Of a stretch of 64,000 nucleotides of DNA, positions 1 through 12,200 are shown in pieces; within the stretch, counting starts at the first letter, position 1; the number at the start of each line of letters is the position of its first letter. The stretch is taken from positions 55,492,001-55,556,000 of the forward strand of contig CM059432.1 of assembly GCA_030390025.1 (NCBI GenBank). Reading direction: 5' to 3'. The position numbers and the translations under genes are program-made. The notes under the pieces are model-generated. The model was not told the origin of the DNA. It made no database searches and saw only the letters and a list, made by a program, of their open reading frames with translations. Source of the DNA: Squalus acanthias. Its lineage: Eukaryota.

Positions 1-339
1 GGCGGAGGCCGCCATATTGGGCAGGTTGGCAGCGCTGCCATTGCCTGCGTTCACCTCAAATATTTTAATGATCAAGAGCGTGATGTTAATCGGCATTCAA
101 CGATGAATTGATGCACGCTGAGTGATTTTGGATGTCGCCGCTCCTTTTACCAGCCTCTCCAAAGCGTGCCCGTGTATGCAGCCGTTGCCAGTACTTAGGC
201 CCGGGAGAAAGCGGCGGAGATCTGTAGATCCCTGAGAAGCCTTCAATAACTATGCAGTGTATGTGCAGCCCCAACGAACCCAAGTTCTGTGACAGGTTTG
301 CATTCCTCACTGATCACTGTTTCAAATAATTTTGACAGT

Positions 340-1082
340 GGGCCGAAAATTGATCCCGGGACGCGAGAGTACGCACTGCGTACTCTCGCGTATTTCCACT
401 CCAATTGCCGGTTTTCTGCATGCCCTGCGCATGCGCTGAAAACCGGCAATTGCTCTTCTGAAAAGGGGGCGGGGCCTGGGTGCATCGCGTGCGCGCTACA
501 GGCTGCGCGCACGCTGTGCACTTCATGCTTTGGACGCGCAGGTAAGTAGGGAAGATTTTGGAAATGTAAAAAGGAGGAGTAAGACCCGCTTTTAAGAAGG
601 TAAGTAGTGAATTAAGTATTTTTTTGAATTTTTTTTTACAGGTATATCTTTTTTATAGACTTTAAAGACAGGTAAGTTTATTTTTATAACTTTTTAAAAG
701 ATTTTAAATTTTTTCAAAAATTTAATTTTTTATTTAAAATGGTTAATTTAATTAACTATACTTATTTTATTAATGTGATGGTTTTTTTTTTTATTTAATT
801 GAGGTTTAGCTGTTATTTTGGGGGGGTGTAAGATTCATAGATTTCACAGCCATGCTGTGAGACTTATGAATGGAAGATGGTGTGCTGCCATTGGCTCTAA
901 CTGAGTCACGTGATCCCACAGCTCGCACGAATTCACTACGCCGCTGGGATACGCAAGCCCAGCACAGCTGATGTCTGGAACATCAAGTTCGTGCGAGCTG
1001 GATCTGAAAAAGCATAAGCGAGGTGAGACATCGCGGGGAAGGCTTACCCCCGCGGGAACAGAGCGAGATCAATTTCTGGGCC
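340..1082. mobile_element. Non-autonomous PIF/Harbinger-type element, family B
   Basis: TIRs gggccgaaaattgatc / gatcaatttctgggcc; flanks agt/att; GC-rich ends with AT-rich core; shares gcgcatgcgctgaaaacc with 48069-48788 in opposite orientation. Confidence 0.7.
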
Positions 1083-2058
1083 ATTGTTTGCACTAGATGG
1101 TGTAATCAGAAATTTTCTGACACATGTAGCATGACTTTTTGTAAATTCAAGTATTTGGAACCTAAAACTGCTAGAATGATTCCACCCAAATTGCAGTCAT
1201 TTAATCAACTCATGATGACTCTTTTTGATTAATAATTGTAGTTGACAAATTAGCTGGCTAAATATTTGAGAGCGTCAGCAGTTGAATTAAACATAGAATT
1301 CAGCTAAACTGCAAGTTGTATTCTTTAAAATCTGACAGATTCGTGTATTTTTGGCTTTCATTTATCTTGCTTACCCTCTCTGTCAACCTACAAAACAAGA
1401 GAAACATTACCGGAAACACTGCACTTCATTTTCATAAATCGCGAGTTCCTGATAACGCCACACATATACTTTACACCCGACCCTCGGCCTCCTGCCGATC
1501 TTACTGGCTGAAAGAGCGCATTGCATGGGAGGTTCTGTGCTGCGCTCATTTAAATCAGCAGGCAGCACCAAAATAACGGTGCTGCCTGCGCTCTTTTTAC
1601 AGGCGGCCTTTAACCTTGGACTGCTGTGGCACCACCCGTTTTCAGGCTTTATCGAACTTCTAGACCTTAGTGCTTTCAAAAGAGGAGGAGAAAGTAAGGG
1701 AAGAGAAATTGGAGAAGAGAAAAGTTAGTTGCCGTTTCTCCAGTGTTTCTGTCAATCTTCCATCAAAGAGACCGAGAAGGCCTGTGGAAATTCTAACCCA
1801 ATATCGTTTAGTGAATTGATGACGGTAATCTATATTCAGAGTTCAGATTACAAAGAAAAATTATGAGACTGGAATATTCTGAATCCCTCAACTGGATTAC
1901 TGTTTTACAACTTAGTGAAAGGTATCCAGTATCTCCTATTTAACTATACCAGAATTCAAATAGAACATCTAGTAAAATATTTGATTACAATACAGTTATT
2001 AGGCAATCATCAAAGTTTGGGATATGATAAAACTTTAGCTTTAAAAAAAAATTCTTAC

Positions 2059-2174
2059 CTTGGAAATGATTCCCCAAGTGGATCTTTACCAGTTAAGATG
2101 ACAATACATGGTAGACCTTCCAGATCCTGATAGGTGTGCGGGATCCATTCCTCTTGCTCACACCCTCTCCATAC
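2059..2174 (-). CDS. GREB1L: GREB1L exon P (116 nt, phase 0-2); gene continues beyond position 1
   Basis: [38 protein letters not shown](R); tag| and |gtaaga. Confidence 0.95.
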
Positions 2175-2190
2175 CTACAAGTCAGACAAT

Positions 2191-2443
2191 AGGGAATTCA
2201 GGAGAAACTTCTTAACTCAGAGAGTGGTTAGAATGTGGAACTTGCTACCACAAGGAGTAGTTGAAGTGCATAGCAAAGATGCATTCAAGGGGAAGCTAGA
2301 TAAACATATGAGGTAGAATGAAATAGAAGGATATGTTGATGGAGTTAGATGAAGAAGGGTGGGAGGAGGCTCGTATGAGGCGTAAACACCATCATGGACC
2401 TGTTGGGCCTAATGGCATATTTCTGTGCTGTAAATACTATGCA
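2191..2443 (+). mobile_element. CR1 LINE 3' fragment
   Basis: RRNFLTQRVVRMWNLLP...FKGKLDKHM CR1 C-terminus plus 3' UTR; 7-bp TSD AGACAAT (2184-2190, 2444-2450). Confidence 0.85.
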
Positions 2444-2569
2444 AGACAATTTGAAGTAAATTAATTAGCTTAACAATTAAAAATAAAATTTCCCCACCGC
2501 TCCATGTGTTGAAATGCCAAGTGGTGTAGCACTGAGCAATACTGACAATTCACACTACCACTGCTTCTA

Positions 2570-3900
2570 ATTTGCATCAAGGACTTGGGTTCAGAAACTC
2601 AATGCAAATTGATTAAGTGTGCAGATGATACCAAACTAGAAGGGCAAGCTGATTCTGAGGAGGCAGTTCAGGAAATACAAAATGAGTTGGACAAAATATG
2701 TAAGTGGGCAGAAGAATAGTACATGAAATTTAATATGTACAAGTATAAAGTATTACCTACAGGTCAAAAACATGAGATTCACAGATACTCCTTGAACAGC
2801 TATTCCATGTCAAAAAAGCTGAAGATGAAGTTGAAAGAGTCTGCAGGTCCAACTACTGCAGAGCAGAATTAACAAAGAAAACGGAATGCTAAACTATGTC
2901 GCCAAAGCATCAGATTAGAGATTAAAAGATGTAAAGCTGAAACTGCATAGTGTTTTAATCAGATCATGCCTGGAGTATTATGTCCCATTCTGGTCAAGCT
3001 AAATTGTGAGAGTAGGACAAGGGGGTGCAGGTTCAAATAACAAAAGACAAATTTAAGAACTGATGTCAGGAAGCTCTTCTTCACAAAAGATTGATCAACT
3101 CATGGAATGGATTCCCAGATAGGTGGTGTAGATGCAAACTTTGGAATCATTTAAGATACAGTTGAATGCCATATTATCAGTACTACAATAAATGATAAGA
3201 ACCTGATATTCTTCCTTATTTGTTCAACCTCTACATACAAGGTCATTCTTGAGGAAATCCTCAATGTGAGGTTCTGGTCAAAGCATTGTGCTTCCTTTCG
3301 TGATAATAGTGCTGGTGTCAATAGGAGAATTTTACTAAGTGTTGCTTCTTTCTGCTGGGGCTCAGTATCAGGGGCTCTTAAGTCATCAGGATAAGATTGA
3401 TGAGTTGGGGCTATTTTCATTAGAGAAATGTAGGCTTAGGGGAGAGCCTACGTTTCTCCAATGAAAATAGAGATTTTTTAAATGATGAAGGGATTAGATT
3501 CTGTCCAGTTGGGTAGGTTATTTGAGATGGATAGGGTTGGGAGAACTAGGAGGTGCGTGTATAAAGTACATAGCAAAGAGTTAGGTTACATGTTAGGAAG
3601 TATTTCTTATAATAGAGTGATCGCCTTCTGGAACAGATTACTGAAGCATGCGATGAGTATGGATCCTCTGCAGGTCTTCAAATGGGAGGTGGACAAGTAC
3701 CTGGGACAGGAGGTCATTTCAGGTTACAGAGAGTAAGTTGCAGGGTAGCTGGGTATAACAAGGTTCATGAGTTACCGTGGTCTCCTGATACTTACTTGAT
3801 TGCCTTAGGGGGTCAGAGAGGAAGAGATGATGGAAGGTCCTATTTGTGTGTGGTCACCTCCTTCGAGAGATTCAATGGATTAAGTAGAGTCTGTGACAGG
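2570..3900 (+). mobile_element. Old degraded CR1 RT/C-terminal fragments (approximate ends, at least two pieces)
   Basis: gcagatgataccaaacta (ADDTKL), ctggagtattatgtcccattctggtc (LEY..FWS), NRVIAFWNRL...FKWEVDKYL. Confidence 0.65.
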
Positions 3901-4043
3901 ACAGTTTGTGCATAGTTTGCAGAAGGAATGTTTTTTTCTCATTCCATGATTTCATATGTTCTTATCAGTACACCTACATTTCTATTGTACTAGAAAGTTT
4001 GTTTTCTTTCCTCCTTCTGAACTTCTTTAAAAAATGTTCCTAC

Positions 4044-4383
4044 CTTCATTCGTGTAACAAAGTGCTTGGCGACACTGAGTTCTGTGGCAGGGTTGCCCAG
4101 AAGTACTTCAAAACGATACTGCAGACCAAGCTTATCTCGAACATCCTGAAGTCGCTCCTTGGCAAGCATCGCTAGCTGCACTGATGGAACTCGTATCAAA
4201 AGCATATGTCCACGACCAATCTTATCTTTCCCAGGACAGCTGATCAGATCATCCATAATACTCAGGGTCTCAGGGGTAGTGTGCTCTCTCAGCAAGTTCA
4301 TTGATGTCACAGCCATCATGGCTTCAGCATACTGCTGAATTAGCAGGTAGCATCGGATCACCATGCTGTGCAATCTGGGATAC
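4044..4383 (-). CDS. GREB1L: GREB1L exon O (340 nt, phase 2-0)
   Basis: [25 protein letters not shown]...[18 protein letters not shown]; aag| acceptor and |gtagga donor. Confidence 0.96.
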
Positions 4384-4647
4384 CTTGAAAAGAGAAAGGC
4401 CATCAAAATTCTCATTACTGTAATTCAGCATCCTTAAGATTAGTCTAATTTATACCAAAGCTAGCAGAGACTCATCTTAATAAGGATTAACAATCAAGAA
4501 TCCATACTTAGCAAAAAAAAATTACAAACAATAGTACTTTTGTAAAACCTTATTTGAACATGACAATAGTATTATTTCATTTGGTTATCTGGAAAAAGTA
4601 TTTGTTGGAGTTGGGCTTTTTAGGATTTTAGTATAGAAATTCCAGTA

Positions 4648-5047
4648 CAGGAAACTCTTTGGTATCCGGCACCGACGGGACCGGCGTGGTGCCGGTTGAT
4701 CAAAAGTTCCGGATAACGGAGAGTTATATCTACCGAGGCTATTTTTAACAAACAAAAATCAGACTCCTGTTACTGCCGTGTTCGGACTTCCGACAGTGCC
4801 AGGAGGCCGAGTAGTGGCACTTTGGAGAACTACCCCCACTGACTAACTCGGCGTTCGCGGGAGACTCGGACTCGGACTCGGCAACATTGCCGGTTATTTG
4901 AGAGGAGTTTTCGGAGTACTCGGCGTTCGCGGGAGACTCGGACTCGGACACATTGCCGGTTATTTGAGAGGAGTTTTCGGAGTATGATTTTTGCCGGTTA
5001 AGAGAGAGTTCCGGATATTTAGGTGCCGGTTAAACAAGAGTTTCCTG
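4648..5047. mobile_element. Tc1/mariner (Tigger/pogo-like) MITE, 400 bp
   Basis: TIR CAGGAAACTCTT / AAGAGTTTCCTG, TA on both sides; internal tandem duplication of about 70 bp (4846-4983). Confidence 0.8.
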
Positions 5048-6020
5048 TATATATGGCAGATTACTTTTCCTTGATATATTAAAGTACATTGGTGTGGGGT
5101 GATTTGATAGCACTGCACTAGATTAACACAAAATAGGCCATTTTATGACCTTGCACTGCCATTAGAGACTTGCCGGCGAAAGCACACATCGGAAATTCAA
5201 GCGCACAATGGCTCATGATTTGATGACTATTTACAGTAACAGCTAGAAACTCATGTGCAGAATACCCAAAATGTTGTTGTATGCTTTCAGTGAGTGAGGT
5301 TCCCGCCAGCAGCACAAAATCAGAAAAATAGTCCTAAGTAGTTAGGCATGCAACTATATTGGGAGTTACTTTCTGTGTTCATAATTTTAAATATATGAAA
5401 AATTATTGCATTTTTCAAGATTTGTAAAACAAAATAATGTATATAAACTGTTCAATTATGAATTGTAAATTGTTTCATAAAATATAAATGAAATACTTTG
5501 CATGTTTTTTCTCACTTTATTGTTATTAAATAATGCCATTTTAATGCGCTTTTTCTCAATTTCTCTCCCTCCTCCCTGTGTCTACAGGAGGATGAGAATC
5601 CACTTCATTGGCATCTCAATGGACTCAGCCAATGAAAGCCTTAGTTGATGTGTCAGAAGGCTTTTTTATAAGGTTGGAGAGGAAATACCTCTCAGTAAGC
5701 AGAGTAACTGATTCTCCACCTTCTACTTGACCACACCAGTTGTCCTCCCATCCCTGACATTCTTAACCATTACTTCACTGGAAAAGAAAATCGGTCGGGA
5801 TGCATAACGGGCGGCTAATCCAATATTGTCCGTTTTACACTATCACCAAAAGTTCAAATTACCTCAAATTGGTTTTATTTTACACTTCCTTTCCTTTAAA
5901 TGAAACCAAATGCAGTCAAGCATAACCTTATGTGAAATGGCTGAATTTCAGCAACAATTTCCATGCCAAATATTTAACTGTTGACTGATGTCAATAACAT
6001 AATAGGTGGAAATACTGTGT

Positions 6021-9000
6021 TACATAAGAACTAGAAATAGGAGCAGGAGTAGGCCATTCGGCCCCTTGAGCCTGCTCCGCCATTCAATAAGATCATGGCT
6101 GATCTGAAATTGGCCTCAACGCCACTTTCCCACCCACTCCCCATAACCCTTGACTCCCCTGTAGCTTAAATATATGTCTATCTCCGCCTTGAATATATTC
6201 AGTGACTCCGCCTCCACAGCTCTCTGGGGTAGAGAATTCCAAAGATTCACGACCCTCTGAGAGAAGAAATTCCTCCTCATCTCTGTTTTAAATGGGCGAC
6301 CCCTTATCCTGAAACTGTGGCCCCTAGTTCTAGATTCCCCAGAAGGGGAAACATCCTCTCTGCATCTACCCTGTCAAGCCCCCTCAGAATCTTATATGTT
6401 TCAATAAGATCACCTCTCATTCTTCTAAACTCCAATGAGCACATGCCCAACCTGCTCAACCTTTCTTCATAAGACAACCCCTTCATCTCAGTGAACCTTC
6501 TCTGAACTGCCTCCAATGCAAGTATATCCCTCCTTAAATAAAGAGACCAAAACTGCACGCAGTATTCCAGTTGTGGTCTCACCAGCGCCCTGTACAGTTG
6601 AGCAAGATTTCCCTACTTTTATACTCCATCCCCCTTGCAATAAAGGCCAACATTCCATTTGCCTTCCTAATTACGTGCTGTACCTGCATGCAACTTTTTA
6701 TGTTTCATGTACGAGGACCCCCAGATCCCTCTGTACCACAGCATTATGTAGTCTCTCGCCATTTAAATAATAATTTGCTTTTTTATTTTTCCCACCAAAG
6801 TGGATAACCTCACATTTTCCCATATTATACTCCATCTGCCAAATTTTTGCCCACTCAATTAACCTATCTATATCCCTTTGCAGACTCTTTGGGCTGGATT
6901 TTGTCAATGGGGACGTGATGGAGGCGGGACTCCCACTTTTTGGGTTGTAGTCCCGCCTCCATCGACTTGTGGCCAACCCACTGTATTTTCCCTTGATTGA
7001 CCTTGTTAAGCCCGCCCAGCGGGCTTAGCAGGCCAATCAAGGGTCCCTTGGATACAGGTGATGTCAGCCATTGAAATTTCATCTGTCAAGAGCTTTTGAC
7101 AGATGAAATTTCAGCGTTTGACAGCTCTGTGAAGCTGTCAAACACTGACAATATGATTTCTAACTTGAGTCCCTGTACTTAAGACTCAGTTAGAGAGCTC
7201 TCCAGACCAGAAAGCAGAGACTGCAGCTTTTGACAGCTCCGCGGCCATTCTGCTTTCTGTGCCGTGGATGTGAGGGACTCCCGACACCTTAAGGAAGCTA
7301 GCCTGCAGGACAAAGTTAAGGTAAGTAAAAATTCTTAAAACACTTTACACACACCAAACACACTTACCTCTGCACTCATGCACCCATCACTCACCTGCAC
7401 ACCGGACATCTTGACTCCTCCAAGCCCTCCAGACCGACGGTCCACCTCGCTAAATCGGCGTGGTTCGGACCTGTCGGGAAGCCCACACTTCAGGGCTAAA
7501 AATAGGGATTAGCCAAAAAACTGCCTGTTAACTACCTGTTAACAGGCAGCTTATTGGCACTAATCCCCTTCCCGCCTCGGGGAGGTGGGTCCCAGCACAG
7601 GTTGGGTACCCGCCTCCTGGGAAACTGGCATGGAGGCGGGTTGGGGGCGGGATGGGTTCGGGACCCCCGAATCTGCTATTTTCACACCACTCCTGCCTCC
7701 AAACCCACCTCCACGGGCCGGTGAAAAGTGAGCCCTTTGTGTCCTCCTCAGAACTTGCTTTCCCACCTATCTTTGTATCATCAGCAAATTTGGCTACAGT
7801 ACACACAGTCCCTTCATCCAAGTCATTAATATAGATTGTAAATAGTTGAGGCCCCAGCACTGATCCCTGTGGCACCCCACAAGTTACAGTTTGCCAACCG
7901 GAAAATGACCCATTTATCCCAACTCTTTGTTTTCTGTTAGTTAGCCAATCTTCTATCCATGCTAATATATTACCCCCAACCCCGTGAGCTCTTATCTTGT
8001 GCAGTATCCTTTTATGTGGCACCTTATCTAGAAATCCAATTACATTACATCTACTGGTTCCCCTTTATCCACCCTGCTCGTTACATCCTCAAAGAACTCT
8101 AGTAAATTTGTCAAACACGATTTCCCTTTCATAAAACCATGTTGACTCTGCTTGATTGTATTATGATTTTCTAAATGTCCTGCTATTACTTCCTTAATAA
8201 TAGATTCCAGCATTTTCCCAATGACAGATGTTAGGCTAACTGGTCTATAGTTTCCTGCTTTTTGCCTCCCTCCTTTCTTGAATAGGGGCGTTACATTTGC
8301 GGTTTTCCAATCCGCTGGGACCTCTCCAGAATTCAGGGAATTTTGGTAGATTACAACCAACGCATCCACTATCTCTGCAGCCACTTCTTTTAAGACCCTA
8401 GGATGTAAGCCATCATGTCCAGGGGACTTGTCAGCCTTTAGTCCCATTAGTTTGCCTCGTACTTTTTCTCTAGTGATAGTCATTGTTTTAAATTCCTCCC
8501 TCCCTATAGCCCCTTGATTATCAATTATTATTGGGATGCTTTTAGTGTCTTCTACCGTGCAGACCAATACAAAATATTTGTGCAAAGTCTCTGCCATTTC
8601 CCTGTTTCCCATTATTAATTCCCCAGTTCCATCCTCTAAGGGACCAATGTTTACTTTAGCTACTCTCTTCCCTTTTATATACCTGTAGAAGCTCTTACTG
8701 TCTGTTTTGATATTTTTTGCTAGCTTACTTTCGTAATCTATCTTCTCCCTCTTTATTATTTTTTTAGTCATCCTTTGCTGGTTTCTAAAAATTTCCCAAT
8801 CCTCTGGCGTACCACTAATCTTCGCAACGTTGTATGCCTTTTCTTTCAATTTGATACCATCCTTAACCTCCTCAGTTAGCCACGGATGGTTCATCCTTCT
8901 CGTAGAATCTTTCTTTCTCACTAGAATAAACCTTTGCTGAGAGTTATGAAATATCTCCTTAAATGTCTGCCACTGCTTATCTACCGTCTTACCCGTTAAT

Positions 9001-10750
9001 CTATTTTCCCAGTCTACTTTAGCCAACTCTGTCTTCATACCTTTGTAATTGCCTTTATTTAAGTTTAGGTCACTAGTTTCAGACCCAAGTTTCTCATCCT
9101 CAAACTGAATTTGAAATTCTATCATGCTATGATCACTCTTCCCTAGAGGATCTTTACTATGAGATCATTAATTAATCCTGTCTAATTACACATTACCAGA
9201 TCTAAAATAGCCTTCTCCCTGGTTGGTTCCACAACGTATTGTTCTAAGAAACCATCCCGAATACACTCTATGAACTCATCCTCAAGGCTACCCTTGCCAA
9301 TTTGATTTGTCCAATCTATATGAAGATTAAAATCGCCCATGATTATCACAGTACCTTTCTTACAAGCCCCTATTATTTCTTGATTTATACTCTGTCCTAC
9401 AGTGTAGCTACTGTTACGGGGCCTATAGACTACTCCCACCAGTGACTTCTTTCCCTTACTATTTCTTATCTCCACCCAAATTGATTCTATATCTTGATCT
9501 TCTGAGCCAATGTCATTTCTCACCACTGCACTGATCTCATCCTTTATTAAGAGAGCTACCCCACCTCCTTTTCCTTTCTGTCTATCCTTCCGAAATGTCA
9601 AATACCCCATAATATTCAGTTCCCAGCCTTGGTCACCTTGCAACCACGTCTCTGTAATGGCTACCAGATCATACTCATTTATTTCTATTTGTGCCATCAA
9701 CTCATCTATCTTGTTACGAATGCTGTGTGCATTCAGATAAAGAGCTTTTCATTTTTTCTTTATACCATTTTTCCCTACTCTGACTCTATTTGCTGGTGCA
9801 CGCTTATGGTTGTACGCTCTGTCTCCTCCTGTCACACTCTAGTTATCATTACCCCTATCGCTACCCTGCACTATTGCCTTCTCCTTTCTCTTCGACTTTC
9901 TAAATTCCCCTTCACCTGAACAATCCCCCCCCACTTTTTCGTTTAAAGCCCTATCTACCGCCCTAGTTATTCGATTCGCCAGGACACTGGTCCCAGCATG
10001 ATTCAAGTGAAGCCCGTCCCAACGGAACAGCTCCCTCTTTCCCCAGTACTGGTGCCAGTGCCCCATGAATCGAAACCCATTTCTCCCACACCAATCTTTG
10101 AGCCACGCATTCATCTCTCTGATCTTATTGACCCTATGCCAATTTGCTCGTGGCTCAGGTAGTAATCCAGAAATTATTACCTTTGTGGTTCTGCTTTTTT
10201 AAATTTGGCCCCTAGCTGCTCATACTCCCTCAGCAGAACCTCTTTCTTAGTCCTACCTATGTCGTTGGTACCTATGTGGACCACGACAACTGGCTCTTTC
10301 CCCTCCCACTCCAGGTTCCTCTCCAGCCCCGAGGAGATGTCCTTAACCTTGGCACCGGGCAGGGAACACAGCCTTCAGGACTCACACTCTCAGCTGCAGA
10401 GAACAGTATCTATCCCCTAACTATACTGTCCCCTACCACTACTACATTCCGTTTTCCCCAAACTTGAATGGCCCCCTGTACCACGGTGCTGTGGTCAGTT
10501 TGCTCATCCTCCCTGCAGTCCCTGCTCTCGTCCACACAGGGAGCAAGAACCTCATACCTATTGGACAAGTGCAAGGGCTGAGGCTCCTCCAATGCTAACT
10601 GCTGGATCCCCATACCTGCCTCACTTACAGTCACACAATCCTGTCCCTGACCACGGACCAGATTTCAAGTACTTAACCTAAGGGGTCTGACTGCCTCCTG
10701 GAACAAAGTATCCCGGTAACTTTCTCCCTCCCTGATGTATTGCAGTGTCT
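6021..10750 (-). mobile_element. Near full-length CR1 LINE: partial ORF1 (SGNH esterase-like) plus ORF2 (APE endonuclease and RT), frameshifted, interrupted by MITE A1
   Basis: VVVVGDSIVRG and WDGLHLN (ORF1); VAITETWL, GVVYRP, MGDFN (APE); [30 protein letters not shown] (RT); 3' tail reads acataagaa on the + strand. Confidence 0.95.
6891..7735. mobile_element. Harbinger-type MITE, family A copy A1 (orientation F)
   Basis: Termini gggctggatttt / aaaagtgagccc; TSD TTT; removing it restores CR1 cagactctttgtgtcctcc. Confidence 0.88.
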
Positions 10751-11084
10751 GAAGTTCAAACATGAAAAGCAGTAACTGTTCTTATACATGTAGATGTAGG
10801 ACTTATGGAAGCAAGAAACAACTGTTCTAGTCTGATAATTAAAAGCATTAACCAGGAATTTCCTCAGAGCTGCTACTGCTCCACCGCCGCAACTTTGCGG
10901 GAAGTACAGCGGAAGCCATGTTTATGCCGGAAGTACAGGTGGCATCTCCAAGAAAATTCCTGGCCATTACTTAATCACAGTAAAGTCATTTTTTTGTCTT
11001 AATTTGACCCCTAGCACGGACTCGATGGGCCGAATGGCCTCCTTCTGCGCCGTTATGACTTATGACTCTATGTGAACGACACCA

Positions 11085-12200
11085 GCAAGCCAGCATTTAT
11101 TGCCCATCCCCAGTGGCCCTGAAGGCATTTAAAGTCAACCATGAAATATGGAACTGGAGTCAAAGAGCTGGATTTTGCCAATGGGGAGCTTTTGGAGGCG
11201 GGACTCCCACTTGTCGGGTTTTAGTCCCGCCTCCATCGACTTCTGGCCAACCCATGCTATTTTCCCTTGATTGACCTTGTTAAGCCCACCCAGCGGGTTT
11301 AGCAGGCCAATTAAGGGGAAGCCGGTTACAGAGAACGTCAGCGTATGACGTTTCATCTGTCAGAAATTTTTGACAGATGAATTGTCATCGTTTGACAGCT
11401 CTGTGAAGCTGTCAAACGCTGACATTCTATGTTGCTTGATGAGTTCTTGTATTCAAGACTCATCAAACCTCTTTTGTGAGCAGAAATTAGATGGTTACTG
11501 CATTGGAGAATGCAGCAGCCATCTGTCATCTCTGCCGGTGAGATGCGAGACTCTCCGCATCCCCAACGTTTGAAGCCTGCAGGAAGAAACAAAGGAAAGT
11601 AAATATTTTCTATCACTTTCCACTCACCTCACATACTTACCTCTCCACACTTGCACCCATCACTTACCTTCACAGTGCACTTTTGCACCCCGCCGACCCC
11701 CGATGACCCACTGCTCACCTCGCTGACCCTGGTGGGATTCGCAGCCTTCGGGAAGCCCGCACTTGTGTGGGTAAAAAGGGGATAATCCTCTTATCTGCCT
11801 GTTAACTACCTGTTAACAGGCAGTTAAATGGCTTTAATCCCCTTCCCGCCTCCAGGAGACGGGACCCGGCGCAGGTCGGGTACCCGCCTCCCGGGAAGAT
11901 GGCACGGAGGCGGGTTGGGGGCGGGATGGGCACCCGCCCCCAGATTCTGCCATTTTCCTGGCAGTCCCACCTCCCCAGGGCTGGCAAGATCACGCCCAAA
12001 TTGTTGATCAGACCAGGTAGGGGTGGTAGGCTCCCTTCCCTGACACTAGTGAACCAGTAGGGTTTTTAATGACAATCTGGTAGCTTTCTTGGCTATTTTT
12101 CTCCTGGTGTTAGCCCACAAATTTTAGAAGTTTCCATGGTGGGATTTGAACACACAACCTTTAGGTTGATCGTCCAGTGCCATAACTGCTAGGCTACCAT
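11085..12200 (-). mobile_element. tRNA-derived SINE with LINE-like 3' tail, split by MITE A2 (approximate ends)
   Basis: B-box-like gttcaaatccc on minus near 12141-12151; tail gatgggcaataaatgctggc shared with the LINE at 28063-28773. Confidence 0.6.
11165..11997. mobile_element. Harbinger-type MITE, family A copy A2 (orientation F)
   Basis: Termini gagctggatttt / aagatcacgccc; TSD AAA; colinear with A1. Confidence 0.88.

Noticed and set aside
8040..9700. Active retrotransposon ORF2
   Set aside because: Frameshifts, deletions and a MITE insertion break the RT
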